Shown here piece by piece: positions 48,323 to 60,455 of a DNA stretch of 64,000 bases. The stretch is taken from assembly GCA_030390025.1 (NCBI GenBank), contig CM059431.1, forward strand, positions 149,794,001-149,858,000, in the 5' to 3' direction. The position numbers were made by a program, and so were the translations under genes. The first letter of the stretch is position 1, and each line of letters starts with the position of its first letter. The notes below the pieces were generated by a model. The model did not search any database. It was not told where the DNA came from and saw nothing but the letters and a program-made list of their open reading frames with translations. Origin of the DNA: Squalus acanthias. Taxonomy: Eukaryota.

Positions 48323-51300
48323 GTATGCAAATAGTATTTGTAGTGTGATAGCACCAAAAAGCAGGTAAGTGATTGGTTGGTGAGTGTTTTCTTTCTCAAT
48401 TTTTCTAAACTTTAATGTTGTGGTTTCTACGGTCTCTTTGTGTAGCGGGGACTACTGTTAAGCAAGGGCATTTGAGTATATCACTTAATTCTAGTGTAAT
48501 TGGTGGCATCCATTTAATTTTAATTTAATTTAAATTAATTAATTAAAGGATAAGTCATGGCAGGTGAGCTCGGTGCTGTGACATGCTCTTCCTGCACTAT
48601 GTGAGAAATCAGGGACACTTCCTGTGTCCCTGACAACCATGTGTGCAGGAGGTTTTTCCAGCTGCAGCTACTGACAGACCGCATTGCGGCGCTGGAGCTG
48701 AGAATGGATGCATATTGGAGCATTCGCGATTCTGAGCACATCTTGGATAGCACGTTTAGGGAGTTGGTCACACCGCAGGTAAATGGTGTACAGGCAGGAT
48801 GGGAATGGGTGACCACCAGGCAGAGTAATAGGCGCAGGCAGGCAGTGCAGGGGTCTCCTGTGGCCATCCCCCTCCCAAACAGATATATTGCTTTGGATAT
48901 TGTTGAGGGAGATGGCTTATCAGGGGAAGACAGCAGCAGCCAACTTCCTTGCACCGTAGGTGGTTCTGCTGCACAGGATGGGAGGAAAAAGTGTGGGCCA
49001 GCTATAGAGATAGGGGATTCTATTGTAAGGGGAATAGATAGGCGTTTCTGCGGCCGCAAACGAGACACCAGGATGGTATGTTGCCTCCCTGGTGCAAGGG
49101 TCAAGGATGTCTCAGAGCGGTTACAGAGCATTTCGGAAAGGGAGGGTGAACAGCCAGTTGCTATGGTGCATATAGGTACCAACGATATAGGTAAAACAAC
49201 GGGATGAGGTACTAAAAGCAGAATATAGGGTGTTAGGAGGTAAATTAAAAATAGGACCTCAAAGGTAGTAATCTCAGGATTGCTACCAGTTCCACGTGCT
49301 AGTCAGAGTAGAAATAGAAGGATATTTCAAATGAATACGTGGCTAGAGGAATGGTGCAAGGGGGAGGGATTCAAATTCCTGGGGCATTGGAACCGGTTAT
49401 GTGGGAGGTGGGACCAGTACAAACCGGACAGTCTACACCTGGTCAGGGCCGGGACCGATGTCCTAGGGGGAGTGTTTGCTAGTGCTCTGGGGGGGGGGGG
49501 GGGGGTTTAAACTAAAATGGCAGGGGGTTGGGAACCTGAGCAGGGAGACAGAGGAAAGGGAAACAAGGATAAAAGCAAAAGATAGGAAGGAGAAAAACAA
49601 AAGTGGCAGTCAGAGAAAACAACGCTTTAAATCAAACATGGCCACAGTAAATACTAATTCTAATCGGTGTAAGAGCGGTAAAAAAACAAGCCTGAAGGCT
49701 TTGTGTCTTAATGCAAGGAGCATTGGGATCATGGTGGATGAATTAGCTGCGCAAATAGAGGTAAACGAATATAATTTGATTGGAATAACCGAAATATGGC
49801 TCCAGGGTGGCCAGGGCTGGGAACTCAACATCCAGGGGCACTCAATATTCAGGAAAGATAGGCAAAAAGGAAAGGGAGGCGCGGTAGCTTTGCTGGTTAA
49901 AGAGGGGATTAACAAAATTGAAAGGAAGGATATTAGCTCTGATGATGTGGAATCTGTATGATTTGAACTGAGAAATAACAAGGGGCAGAAAACGTTAGTG
50001 GGAGTGATACGTAGACCTCCAAACAGTAATGCGGAGTTTGGGGATGGGATTAAAAGGGAAATTAGAGAAGCGTGCAATAAGGGCACAGCAGCCATCATGG
50101 GTGACTTTAATCTACATATAGATTGGGCTAACCAAATTGGTAACAATACTATGGAGGACGAATTCCTGGAGTGTTTACGGGATGGTTTCCTGGAACAATA
50201 TGCCGAGGAACCAACCAGAGATCAGGCCATCTTAGACTGGGTATTATGTAATGAAAAAGGATTAATTAGCAATCTTGTTGTGCGAGGCCCCTTGGGTCGG
50301 AGCGATCATAATATGATACAATACTTCATTAGGATGGAGAGTGAAGTAGTCGACTCAGAGACTTGGGTCCTGAATATAAATAAAGGAAACTACGATGGTG
50401 AGGTGCGAGTTTGGTACGATTTATTAGGGAATGCCACTCAAAGGGTTGACGGTGGATAGACAATGGCAAACCATCAAAGAACACATGGACGAACTACAGA
50501 ATTTGTTCATCTCGGTTTGGCATAAGAATAAAACAAAAAGTGTGATTCAACCTTGGCTAACAAGGGAAATTAGGGATAGCATAAGATCCAAGGAGAGCGC
50601 ATATAAATTGTCCAGAAAAAGCAGAAACCTTGAGAATTGGGAGCAGTTTAAGATTGAACAAAGGAGGACAAAGGGATTAATTAAGAAGGGGGAAATAGAA
50701 TACGAGAGTAAGCTGGCGGGGAATATAAAAACTGACTATGAAAGCTTTTATATAAATGTGAACAGAAGAAAAAGATTAGTGAAATCAAGCATAGGTCCCT
50801 TGCAGTCAGAATCAGGGGAACTTATAATGGGGAACAAAGAAATGTCAGACCAATTAAAAGCATATTTTGGTTCTGGCTTCACAAAGGAGGATACAAGTAA
50901 TCTCCCAGAGATGTTGGAGAACATAGGGTCTGATCAAAGAGAGGAACTGAAATAAATCAGTATTTGTAGGGAAATGGCGTTAGGGAAATTGAACGGATTG
51001 AAGACCGATAAGTCCCCAGGGCCTGATAATCTATATCCTAGGGTACTAAAGGAAGTGGCCCTAGAAATAGTAGATGCATTGCTGATCATCTTCCAACATT
51101 CGATGGAATCTAAAACACTACCCATGGATTGGAGGGTAGCTAATGTTATCCCACTATTCAAAAAGGGTGGTAGAGAGAAAACAGATAATTACAGACCGGT
51201 AAGCCTGACATCGGTAGTGGGGAACATGCTAGAGTCCATTATAAAAGATGTAATAGCTGAGCACTTGGAAAACAGTGACAGGATCGGACAAAGTCAACAT

Positions 51301-52596
51301 GGATTTACGAAAGTTAAATCATGCTTGAATAATCTACTGGAATTTTTTGAGGATGTAACTGGTAAAATAGATAAGGGAGACCCAGTGGATGTGGTGTATT
51401 TGGAATTCCAAAAGGCTTTGGATAAGGTCCCGCATAAGAGATTAGCGTGTAAAGTTAAGGCACATGGGATTGGGGGCAAGGTATTGGCTTGGATAGTGAA
51501 CTGGTTGGCAGACAGAAAGCAAATTGTTGGTATAAACGAGTCTTTTTCCGAGTGGCAGGCAGTGACTAGTGGGGTACCGCAGGGATCGGTCTTTGGACGC
51601 CAGCTATTCACAATATATATTAATGATCTAGACAAGGGAACTAGATGTAATTTCTCCAAGTTTGCAGACGATACAAAACTGGGTGGGCGTGTGTGCTGCG
51701 AGGAAGATGCCGAGAAACTCCAGGATGATTTGGACAGGTTGGGTGATTGGGCAGAAACGTGGCAGATGCAATATAACGTGGATAAATGCGAGGTTATCAA
51801 CTTTGGTGTCAAAAACAGAAAGGCAGATTTGTATCTGAATTGCAATAGATTGGGAGAAGGGGAAATGCAACGAGACCTGGGTGTCCTTGTGCACCAGTCG
51901 CTGAAGGTAAGCATGCAGGTGCAGCATGCGGTTAAGAAGGCAAATGGTATGTTGGCCTTCATAGCGAGACGGTTTGAGTACAGGAACAAGGATGTCTTGC
52001 TGCAGTTGTACAGGGCCTTGGTGAGACCACACCTTGAGTACTGTGTGCAGTTTTGGTCGCCTTATCTGAGGAAGGATGTTCTTGCCATGGAAGGAGTTCA
52101 GCGAAGATTCAGAAGGCTGATACCTGGGATGGCAGGAATGACGTATGAGGAGAGATTGGGTCGATTGGGCTTATACCCGCTGGAGTTTAGAAGAATGAGA
52201 GGGGATCTCATTGAAACTTATAAAATTCTGACAGGACAGGACAAACCAGATGCAGGAAGGATGTTCCCGATGGTCGGGGAGTCAAGAACCAGGGGTCACA
52301 GTCTAAGGATAAGGGCTAAGCCATTTAGGACAGAATTGAGGAGGAATTTCTTCACCCAGAGAGTGGTGAAGCTGTTGAATTCTCTGCCACAGAAGGCACT
52401 CGAGGCCAATTCATGCAATAGATTCAAGAATGAGTTGGATATATTTCTTAAGGCTAAAGGGATCAAGGGATATGGGGAGAAAGCAGGAACAGGGTACTGA
52501 ATTTGGATGATCAGCCATGATCGCATTGAATGGCGGTGCAGTATAGAGGGGCGGAATGGCCTACTCCTTCTCCTATCTTCTATGATTCTATGATTT
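48323..52596 (+). mobile_element. Essentially full-length CR1 LINE (extreme 5' end probably at 39181-39206); ORF1 esterase and ORF2 APE-RT with several stops
   Basis: ORF1 ATG 48557 (CSSC..CRR, IGDSIVRG, VHIGTND); ORF2 CLNARSI..SDHN; 508-aa RT segment 50974-52500 with FADD; (tatgattc)n tail. Confidence 0.95.
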
Positions 52597-52890
52597 TACA
52601 CAGTCCCATTAATACTCCCAAAACAGGTACAGCACTGGTTCGATACAGCCTAAACCTCCCTCTACACTGTACCATCAAATACTCCCAGGGCTAGTGCAGA
52701 ACGGGTTAGATACAGAGTAAAGCTGCCTCTACACTGTCACTTCAAACAATCCCAGGGCACGTCCTGCTCTGGTGAAATAAAGAGTAAAGTTTCCCCTGCA
52801 CTGTCCCATCAATCACTCCCACGATATGTACAGCATAGATTAGGTACAGAGTAAATCTCGCTTTACTCTCCCGATCAAGCACGCCCAGGG
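52597..52890. repeat. 65-bp satellite, right part
   Basis: Same unit as 29215-29765 and 38956-39180. Confidence 0.85.
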
Positions 52891-53848
52891 CACCATCTTC
52901 AGCTGCTTCATCAATGAACCACCCTCCAACATATGTTCAGAAATGGGGATGTTCGCTGATGACTGCACTGGTTTCAGTGCCATTCACAGCTGCTCAGATA
53001 ATGAAGCATTCCATGCCCGCATGCAGCAAGACCTGGACGACGTTGAGGCTTGGGCTGATAAGTGTCAGTTAACTTTCGCACCACAGAAGTGCGAGGGAAT
53101 GATTATCTCCAACAAGCGAGAATCTAAACATCTCTCATTGACATTCAAATGCGTTACCATCACCGAATCTCCCACCATCAACAATTGGGGTTCACCATTG
53201 ACCAGAAACGTAACTGGGTCAGCCACATAAATACTGTGGCAACAAGCGCAGGTCAGAGGCTAGGTATTCTGCGGCAAGTGTCTCACCTCCTGAATCACCA
53301 AACCCATTCCAACATGTACAAGGCACAAGTAATGCGTGTAATGGAATAATCTCCAATTGCCTAGATGAGTGCAGCTCCAACAACACTCAAGAACACGACA
53401 CCATCAAAGACAAAGCAGCCCGCTTGGTTGGCACCCAAGCAAACACCTTAAACATTCACTCCCTCCAGCATCGGCTAACCGTGGCTACAGTGTGTGCCAT
53501 TTACAAGATGCACTGCAGCACCTCGCCAAGGCTTCTTCGGAAGTACCTCACAAACACGCGACGTATTCTAGCTCGTAGGACATGGGCAGCCGTCGCATGC
53601 GATCACCACCACCACCAAGTACACCTCTAAGTCACACACGATCCTGAGTTAGAAATATGACGCCGATCCTTCTTCGTCACTGGGTCAAAATCCTGGAAAT
53701 CCCTCTCAAACAGCACTGTGGGAGTATCTTCAGTACAGGGAATGCAGCGGTTTTAGAAGGCGGCTCCCCACCGCCTTCGCGAGGGCAATTATGGATGGGC
53801 AATAATTGCTGGCCTTTCCAGGGACGACAAATCCCAGCCTAGAATTAA
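52891..53848 (+). mobile_element. LINE 3' fragment (same family as 25030-27090)
   Basis: MGMFADDCT..MQQDLD..WADK; YKAQV; A-rich end. Confidence 0.8.
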
Positions 53849-53854
53849 AAAAAA

Positions 53855-55325
53855 AGACTGACCCTCCGACACTGCAGCACTCCCTCAGTACTACCTCTCC
53901 GACAGTGTAGCGCTGCCGCAGTCATACCACTCCTACAGAGGAGTGCTCCCTCAATACTGGCACTCCGAAATGGGCACCGCTCGCTCTGAACAGCCCCTCC
54001 CACAGTGAAGCACTCCCTCAGAACTGCCCCTCCGACACTGGAGTGGTCCCTCAGTACTGCCCCTCCCACAGTGAAGCGCTCCCTCAGTACTGACCCTCCG
54101 ACACTGGAGTGCTCCCTCATTACTGCTCCTCCGACAGTGACAGTTTTCCCTCAGTACTCCCCTCCGACAGTGCAGTGCTCCCTCCGTAGTGTCCCTCCTA
54201 CTGCACAGTGCTTGCTCTATATTGCCCCTCCAACAGTGTAGCGCTCCCTCAGTACTGACCCTCCGACAGTGCAGTGCTTCAACAATTCTGCCCCTCTGAC
54301 AGTGCAGCGCTCCATTAGTACTGATCCTCCGACAGTGCAGCACTCCCTCAGAAACACCCCTCCGACAGTGCAGCACTCCCTCAGTAACGCCCGTCCGACA
54401 GTGCAGCGCTCCCTCAGTACTGATTCTACGACAGTGCAGTGCTCCCTTAATTCTGCCCCTCTGACAGTGCAGCGCTCCATTAGAACTGATCCTCCGACAG
54501 TGCAGCATTCCCTCAGAAACACCCCTCCGACAGTGCAGCACTACCTCAGTACTGATCCTCCGGCAGCGCAGTGCTCCTTCAGTACTACTGCTTCGACAAT
54601 GCTGCGCTCCCTCAGAACTGCCACACTGACAGTGTGGCGTTCCCTCAGTACCGCCCTCCCACAGTGCAGTGCTCCCTCAGTACTGCCCCTCTGACAGTGC
54701 AGCGCTTCCTCAGTACTTCCCATTCGACAGTGCGGCACTCCCTATGTACTGCCCTCCGACAGAACAGCGCTCATTCAGTACTGCCCCTCTGACAGTGCAG
54801 CGCCCTCTCAGTACTGCCCCTTCGACAGTGCAGCGCTCCCTCGGTACTGCTCCTCTGATAGTGCAGTGTCCTCAGTACTGATAATGCGACAGCGCAGCGC
54901 TCCCTCGGTACTGCCCCTCTGACAGTGCAGCGCTCGCTCAGTACTGTCTCTCCGACAGTGCAGCGCTCCCTCAGTACTGCCCCTCTGACAGTGCAGCGTT
55001 TGCTCGGTACTGCCTTACCACAGTGCAGCACACCCTCAGTACGGACCCTACGAGAGTGCAGCAGTCTCTCATTACCGCCCCTCCGTCATTGCAGTGCTCC
55101 CTTAGTATCGTCCCTCCGACTGTGCAGCCGCTTCTTCAGTACTGACCCTCCGTGAGTGCGGCGCTCCCTCAGTACTGACCCCCCGCCCCCTGGCAGTTCA
55201 GCGCTCCAGCAGTACCGTCCATCTTACAGTGCAGCGCTGCCTCAGTACTGACGCTCCAACTGTGCAACTCTCCCTCAGTACTGCTCCTCCGACAGTGCGG
55301 CGCTCCATCAGTTCTGCCCCTCGGC
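53855..55325. repeat. 33-bp satellite (cagtactgcccctccgacagtgcagcgctccct)
   Basis: About 44 tandem units. Confidence 0.92.
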
Positions 55326-55373
55326 TGCCCGAATAGTTTATATGGAAGGGAGGGGTTTATGGGATGGAACTAC

Positions 55374-55605
55374 CAATCCTGATTGGGGCTGGATCTGTTC
55401 CTCCACTTTCGGGATTTGCCTCCAAAAATCCCCGGGGATGATGGACATGGTCAGGGTCTGGAAAAGGTTGAGCCAGGACAGGATGATTTCTCGCCGTTGT
55501 TTGAAGTTACGAGCTGTCAGGATGCGGTACTGTTTCCAAAAGGAGGAGGCCCATCTTCTGTCCCGCTCCTCCTCCGAGGCCAGTGACGACACCGGGAGGG
55601 AAAGA
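55374..55605 (-). pseudogene. Isolated exon resembling an ABCG half-transporter (linker to first TM helix)
   Basis: AG|LSLPVSSLASEEERDRRWASSFWKQYRILTARNFKQRREIILSWLNLFQTLTMSIIPGDFWRQIPKVEEQIQPQSGL|GT. Fits the ABC2_membrane start pattern W.SSF..Q..IL..R.F.... Confidence 0.65.
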
Positions 55606-55659
55606 CTTGATTAGATTGTAACATTCAAAGATCATGGGGAGCAGATAGAGAAGCGTCCG

Positions 55660-57185
55660 GATGACCAGAGTCAGCATCGCGCGCTCCCAGGGCAGGTACA
55701 GCACGGGTAAGATACAGTGTAGAGCTCCCTCTATATTACCTTGAAAGTGTGTACCCCACATCAAACCCAGTGTCATCATCGTGCGCTCACAGGGCAGGAA
55801 GAGCACGGGATAGACACAGTGTAGAGCTCCCTCTACATTACCCTGACAGTGTGACACACATTATACACAGTGTCAGCAACCCGCGCTCACAGAGCAGGTA
55901 GCACATGGGGTTGAAATGGTGTAGAGTTCCCTTTACATGACCCTGACTAGGTATCCGCAAGATATACTCAGTGTCAGCATCTAACGCTCCCATGGCCGGT
56001 GCAGCATGGGTGAGTACAGTGTAGAGCTCATTCTACATTACCTTGACAGAGAGTCCGCCACTTTATTCCCAATCTCAGTATCTAGCCCTCCCACGGCAGG
56101 TACAGCACGGGTTAATACAGTGTAGAGATCACTCTACATTACCCTGACAGTGTGACCCCACCTTATACCGAGTGTCAGCTTTGGGCGCTCCCAGGGCAGG
56201 AACAGCACTGTTTTGATAAAGTGTAACATAGAAACATACATAGAAACATAGAAGATAGGAGCAGGAGTAGGCCATTCGGCCCCTCGAGCCTGCTCCGCCA
56301 TTCGATGAGATCATGGCTGATCATCCAAACTCAGTACCCTGTACCTGCCTTCTCCCCATATCCCTTGATACCTTTAGCTTTAAGAAATATATCTAACTCA
56401 TCCTTGACTATATTTAATGACTTCGCCTCAACTACCTTCTGTGGTAGAGAATTCCACAGGTTCACCACTCTCTGGGTGAAGAAATTCTTCCTCATTTCTG
56501 TCCTAAATGGTTTACCCGTTATCCGTAGATTATGACACCTGGTTCTGGACTCTCCGACCATCGGGAACATTCTTCCTGCATCTAGTTTGTCCAGACCTGT
56601 CAGAATTTTATATGTTTCGATGAGATCCCCTCTCATTCTTCTATACTCCAGTGAGTATATGCCCAATCGACCCAATCTCTCCTCATATGTCATTCCTGCC
56701 ATCACAGGTATCAGCCTTGTGAATCTTCGCTGAACTCCTTCCATGGCAAGAACATCCTTCCTCAGATAAGGCGACCAAAACTGCACACAGTACTCAAGGT
56801 GTGGTCTCACCAAGGCCCTGTACAACTGCAGCAGGACATCCCTGTTCCTATACTCAAACCCTTTCGCTATGAAGGCCAACATACCATTTGCCTTACTCAC
56901 CGCCTGCTGCACCTGCATGCTTACTTTCAGCGACTGGTGCACAAGGACACCCAGGTCTCGTTGCACTTCCCCTTCTCCCAATCTATTGCCATTCAGATAA
57001 TAGTCTGCCTTTCTGTTTTTGACACCAAAGTGGATAACCTCGCACTAATGTAGAGCTCCCTCTACATTACCCTGACAGTGTGACCCCACTTTATACCGAG
57101 TGTCAGCATCGAGCGCTCGCAGGGCAGGTACAGCACGGTTTAGATAAAGTGTAGAGCTCCCTCTATATCACCCGGATAGTGTGCC
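55660..57185. repeat. ~98-bp satellite related to the 65-bp unit, split by a CR1 fragment
   Basis: gtgtagagctccctctacattaccctgacagtgtgaccccac...cgctcccagggcaggtacagcacgggttagataca units on both sides of 56226-57045. Confidence 0.85.
56226..57045 (-). mobile_element. Young 5'-truncated CR1 (close relative of 48323-52596)
   Basis: 216-aa open C-terminus nearly identical to the end of ORF 50974-52500; (catagaaa)n tail. Confidence 0.92.
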
Positions 57186-57949
57186 TTGCACCTTGTTAAA
57201 AACAGGAGTGCCGTACAAGTGATATTGCAAGTCTCTGATTTACAGATGGCTATGCAAGCTCCGGCAAGGTGTTTAACTTGAACACAATGACTGAACGACC
57301 CTTAGGTGATATGAAATGATATTGAATTGCACACATCTGGTACGAACTGCCCATATAACTCTTTATTCATTTACTGAACATATTACAGCCGTCAGACAGT
57401 CTAATTCCAATGATAAACCTTGGGCAATCTGGAGGGTTCTGTGAGAGCAACATTCACAGATAAAGTGCAGTTAAAGGCACTGGCCACCAGGGCCAGAGGT
57501 CAAACTCATCTATCTGGGGTGGGTGTTGGGGAGAGGGTGGGGTTTGGGGAGATGGGGTAACTGAAGCTCCCCGCTCCCCTACCCCGTCCCAAGGCACTTT
57601 AATCGGGCAGCGTGGAATATCTTCGATCGGTTTGGAATTCCGCTCATGTCCCTACCATTTTCCGCTTCGCACTTTGATCCTGGGCGGTCGGTCAAAGTTC
57701 CGGTTCGGTCGGAGCTCCAGGCCGGATCAGTCCGTCGCCCCTCACCTGCCCCCACCAGTACAACCCGACAGGACGGGGATGGGAGAATGGGCGAGGCTGA
57801 CAGTGCCGTATTCGCTCCCCGCTCCGTCCACCACGCTCCAGGTAGCCAGCACTTTCCGATTGGGGTCGGGCACAATTCAGCGTGTGAGGGGAGGTAGCGA
57901 AAGTCAGCCTCAGCAGAGTGGGACGGGAGTCACGTGTAGGCCGCAGCGT

Positions 57950-59380
57950 GTGGGCAGAATGGCCTCCTCCTGTTCCTGCAAAACGGGCTTGAGCGACTGA
58001 ATTCCCTCCTCCTGTTCCTGTGTAACAGGCTCGCGAGGCTGAATGGACACCTCTTCCTGTGTAACAGGCTGGCGGGGGTGAATGGGTCTACACTTGTTCC
58101 TGTGCAACAGCCTCGAGGGGATGAATGGGTCTCCTCCTTTTCCGGTGGAATGGGCTTGAGGTGGCTGAATGACCTCCTCCTGTTCCTAGAGCAACAGCTT
58201 CGAGGGACTGAATGGCCTCCTCCTGTAACTATAGTAACAAGCTGGCGGGGGTGAATGGGCCTACTCCTTTTCGTGTGTACCAGCCTCGAGTGGTTCAATG
58301 GGCCTCCTCTTGCTCCTGTGTAATGGTCTCGAAGGGGCTGAATGACCTCTTCCGGTTCCCGTGTAACTGGCTCGAGGGGGTGAATGGCCCCCTCCTGTTC
58401 CTGCATCAGACGCTTGAGGGGCTGATTTGTCTCCTCCTGTTCTTACGCCACAGGCTAGAGGGGTCTGAATGACTTCCTCCTCCTCCTGTGTAACAGGATC
58501 GAGGGGATGAATGACCACTTCCAGATCCAATGTAACAGGCTCGATGGGGGCTGAATGCCATCCTCCTGTTCCTGTGTAACGGGCTCGACCGGCTGAATGG
58601 ACCTACTCTTATTTCTATGCAACAGGCTCGAGCGGCTGAATGGGCCACTTCCTGTTCCTGTTTAATGGGGTCGAGGTTCTGAATGGGCCTCCTCCTTTCC
58701 CTGCATAATGTGTTCGTGGTGCTGAATTTGCTTCCTCCTGTTCCTGTGTAACAGGCTCAAGAAGCTAAATGGACTCCTGCTCCTGTGTAACAGGCTCGAT
58801 GGGCTGAATGGCCACCTGTTCCTCTGTAACAGGCTTGAGGGGCTGGATGTGCCTACTCCTGTTCCTGTGTAACAGGCTCGAAAGTGCTGAATGAGCCTAC
58901 TTATTTTACTGTGTAACGGGATAGATGGGCTGAATGGCCTGCTCCTGTTCCTGTGTAACAGCCTCGAGTGGTTGAGTGTGCCTCCTCCTGTTCCTGCATA
59001 ATGCGCACGAATAGGCTGAATGAACTCCTCCTGTTACCGTTTAACTGGCTCGAGTGGGAGAATGGCTCCCTCCTGTTCCTGCGTAATAGGTTTGAGGGGC
59101 TGATTTGCCTCCCACTGTTCCAGTGTAACAGACTCAAGGGGCTGAATGGCCTACTCCTGTTCCTGTGTAACAGGCTCGAGGGAATGAATGGCCTCTTCCT
59201 GTTCCAGTGTAACAGGCCCGAGGGGCTGAGTGGCTTCCTCCTGTCCCTGTGTAACTGGCTCGAGAGGCTGAGTGGGCCTACTCCTTTTCCCAAAGTAACA
59301 GACTCGAGGGGGCTGATTGGCCTCTTCCTGTTCCTATAGTAACAGGCTCGAGGTGGCTGATTGTCCTCCTCCTGTTCCTC
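57950..59380. repeat. ~42-bp satellite derived from the CR1 3' tail
   Basis: Repeats of gtgtaacaggctcgaggggctgaatggcctcctcctgttcct. Confidence 0.9.
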
Positions 59381-59504
59381 CGAGTCAACCGGTTTGGTTT
59401 TCCCACAAATCTGACAGTTTTTCACCATCACTTTGATCGGGGGCCAGCCCATAAACCACCAGATTTCATGATTTTAATTTCACAATCTACCACATTCAAA
59501 GATA

Positions 59505-59850
59505 GAAGGAACTCGCATTTCTACTGCCCCTGTCACCACCTCAGGACGTCTCAAAGCGCTTCACAGTCAAGGAAGCACTTTTGAAGTGCAGTCGCTGTTG
59601 TGCGGCCGGAAAAGTGGAAGCCAATTTACGCACAGCAAGCTCCCACAAACAGCAATGAGAAAATGATCAGTTAATGTGTCTTTTTTAGTCCTCTTGTTTG
59701 AGAGATAAATATTGGGCCCTGGACACCAGGGAGAACTCCTCCTGCTCTTCTTCCAATAGCGGCTGGGGGAACTTTTATGTACAGCTGTGAGGGCATACGG
59801 GGGCCTCGATTTAACGTCTCATCTGAAAGTCGGCACCTCCGACAGTGGAG
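59505..59850 (-). mobile_element. Deu-domain SINE 3' part
   Basis: Reverse complement of 18310-18630 (gcacagcaagctcccacaaacagcaatg...). Confidence 0.8.
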
Positions 59851-60240
59851 TGTCCGTCAGTACTGCCCCTCCGACAGTGCAGCGCTCGCTCAGTACTACC
59901 CCTCCAACAGAGCAGTGTCCATCTGTACTGCCCCTCCAACAGTGCAGTGTCCATCAGTACTGCCCCTCCAACAGTGCAGCGCTCCCTCAGTACTGCCAAT
60001 CCAACAGTGCAGTGTCCGTCAGTACTGCCCCTCTAGCAGTGCAGCGCTCCCTCAGTACTCCCTTTCCGACAATTCATAGTTCGTCAGTACTGCCCCTCCG
60101 AAAGTGCAGCGCTCCCTCAGTACTGCCCCTCAAACAGTGTAGTGTCCGTCAGTACTTCGCCTCCAACAGTGCAGCGCTCCCTCACTATTCCCTTTCCGAC
60201 AGTGCATAGTTCGTCAGTACTGCCCCTCCGATAGTGCAAG
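59835..60240. repeat. 33-bp satellite contiguous with the Deu-SINE
   Basis: Same unit as 53855-55325, with some 30-bp variants. Confidence 0.88.
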
Positions 60241-60455
60241 CTACTATATTAGCCTCAACCCCATGAGTCCTTATTTTGTGTAATAACTTTTTACCTGACA
60301 CCTTATCTAATGCCTTATGCAAATCCAAATATTCTAAATTCACTGGCTCCCCTTTATCTACGCTGCTCCTTACATGATCAAAATACTCTAATAAATTTGT
60401 AAAACAAGATTTCCCTTTCATTAAAACATGTTGACTCAGTCTTTTCACGTTATCA
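60241..60455 (-). mobile_element. CR1 RT fragment
   Basis: KGKSCFTNLLEYF..YLDLHKALDKV. Confidence 0.8.

Noticed and set aside
50974..52500. 508-aa RT as the missing pol of the LTR element
   Set aside because: It is CR1 non-LTR RT, on the opposite strand and outside the LTRs and target duplication.
53845..55155. Cys/His-rich repetitive ORFs resembling zinc-finger proteins
   Set aside because: Translations of a 33-bp satellite, open in several frames; the same applies to ORFs in 37000-38950, 57930-59450 and 62500-63200.
59380..59470. WWFMGWPPIKVMVKNCQICGKTKP as an integrase zinc-finger remnant
   Set aside because: Suggestive CxxC, but only ~25 residues with no flanking integrase sequence; too short to call.
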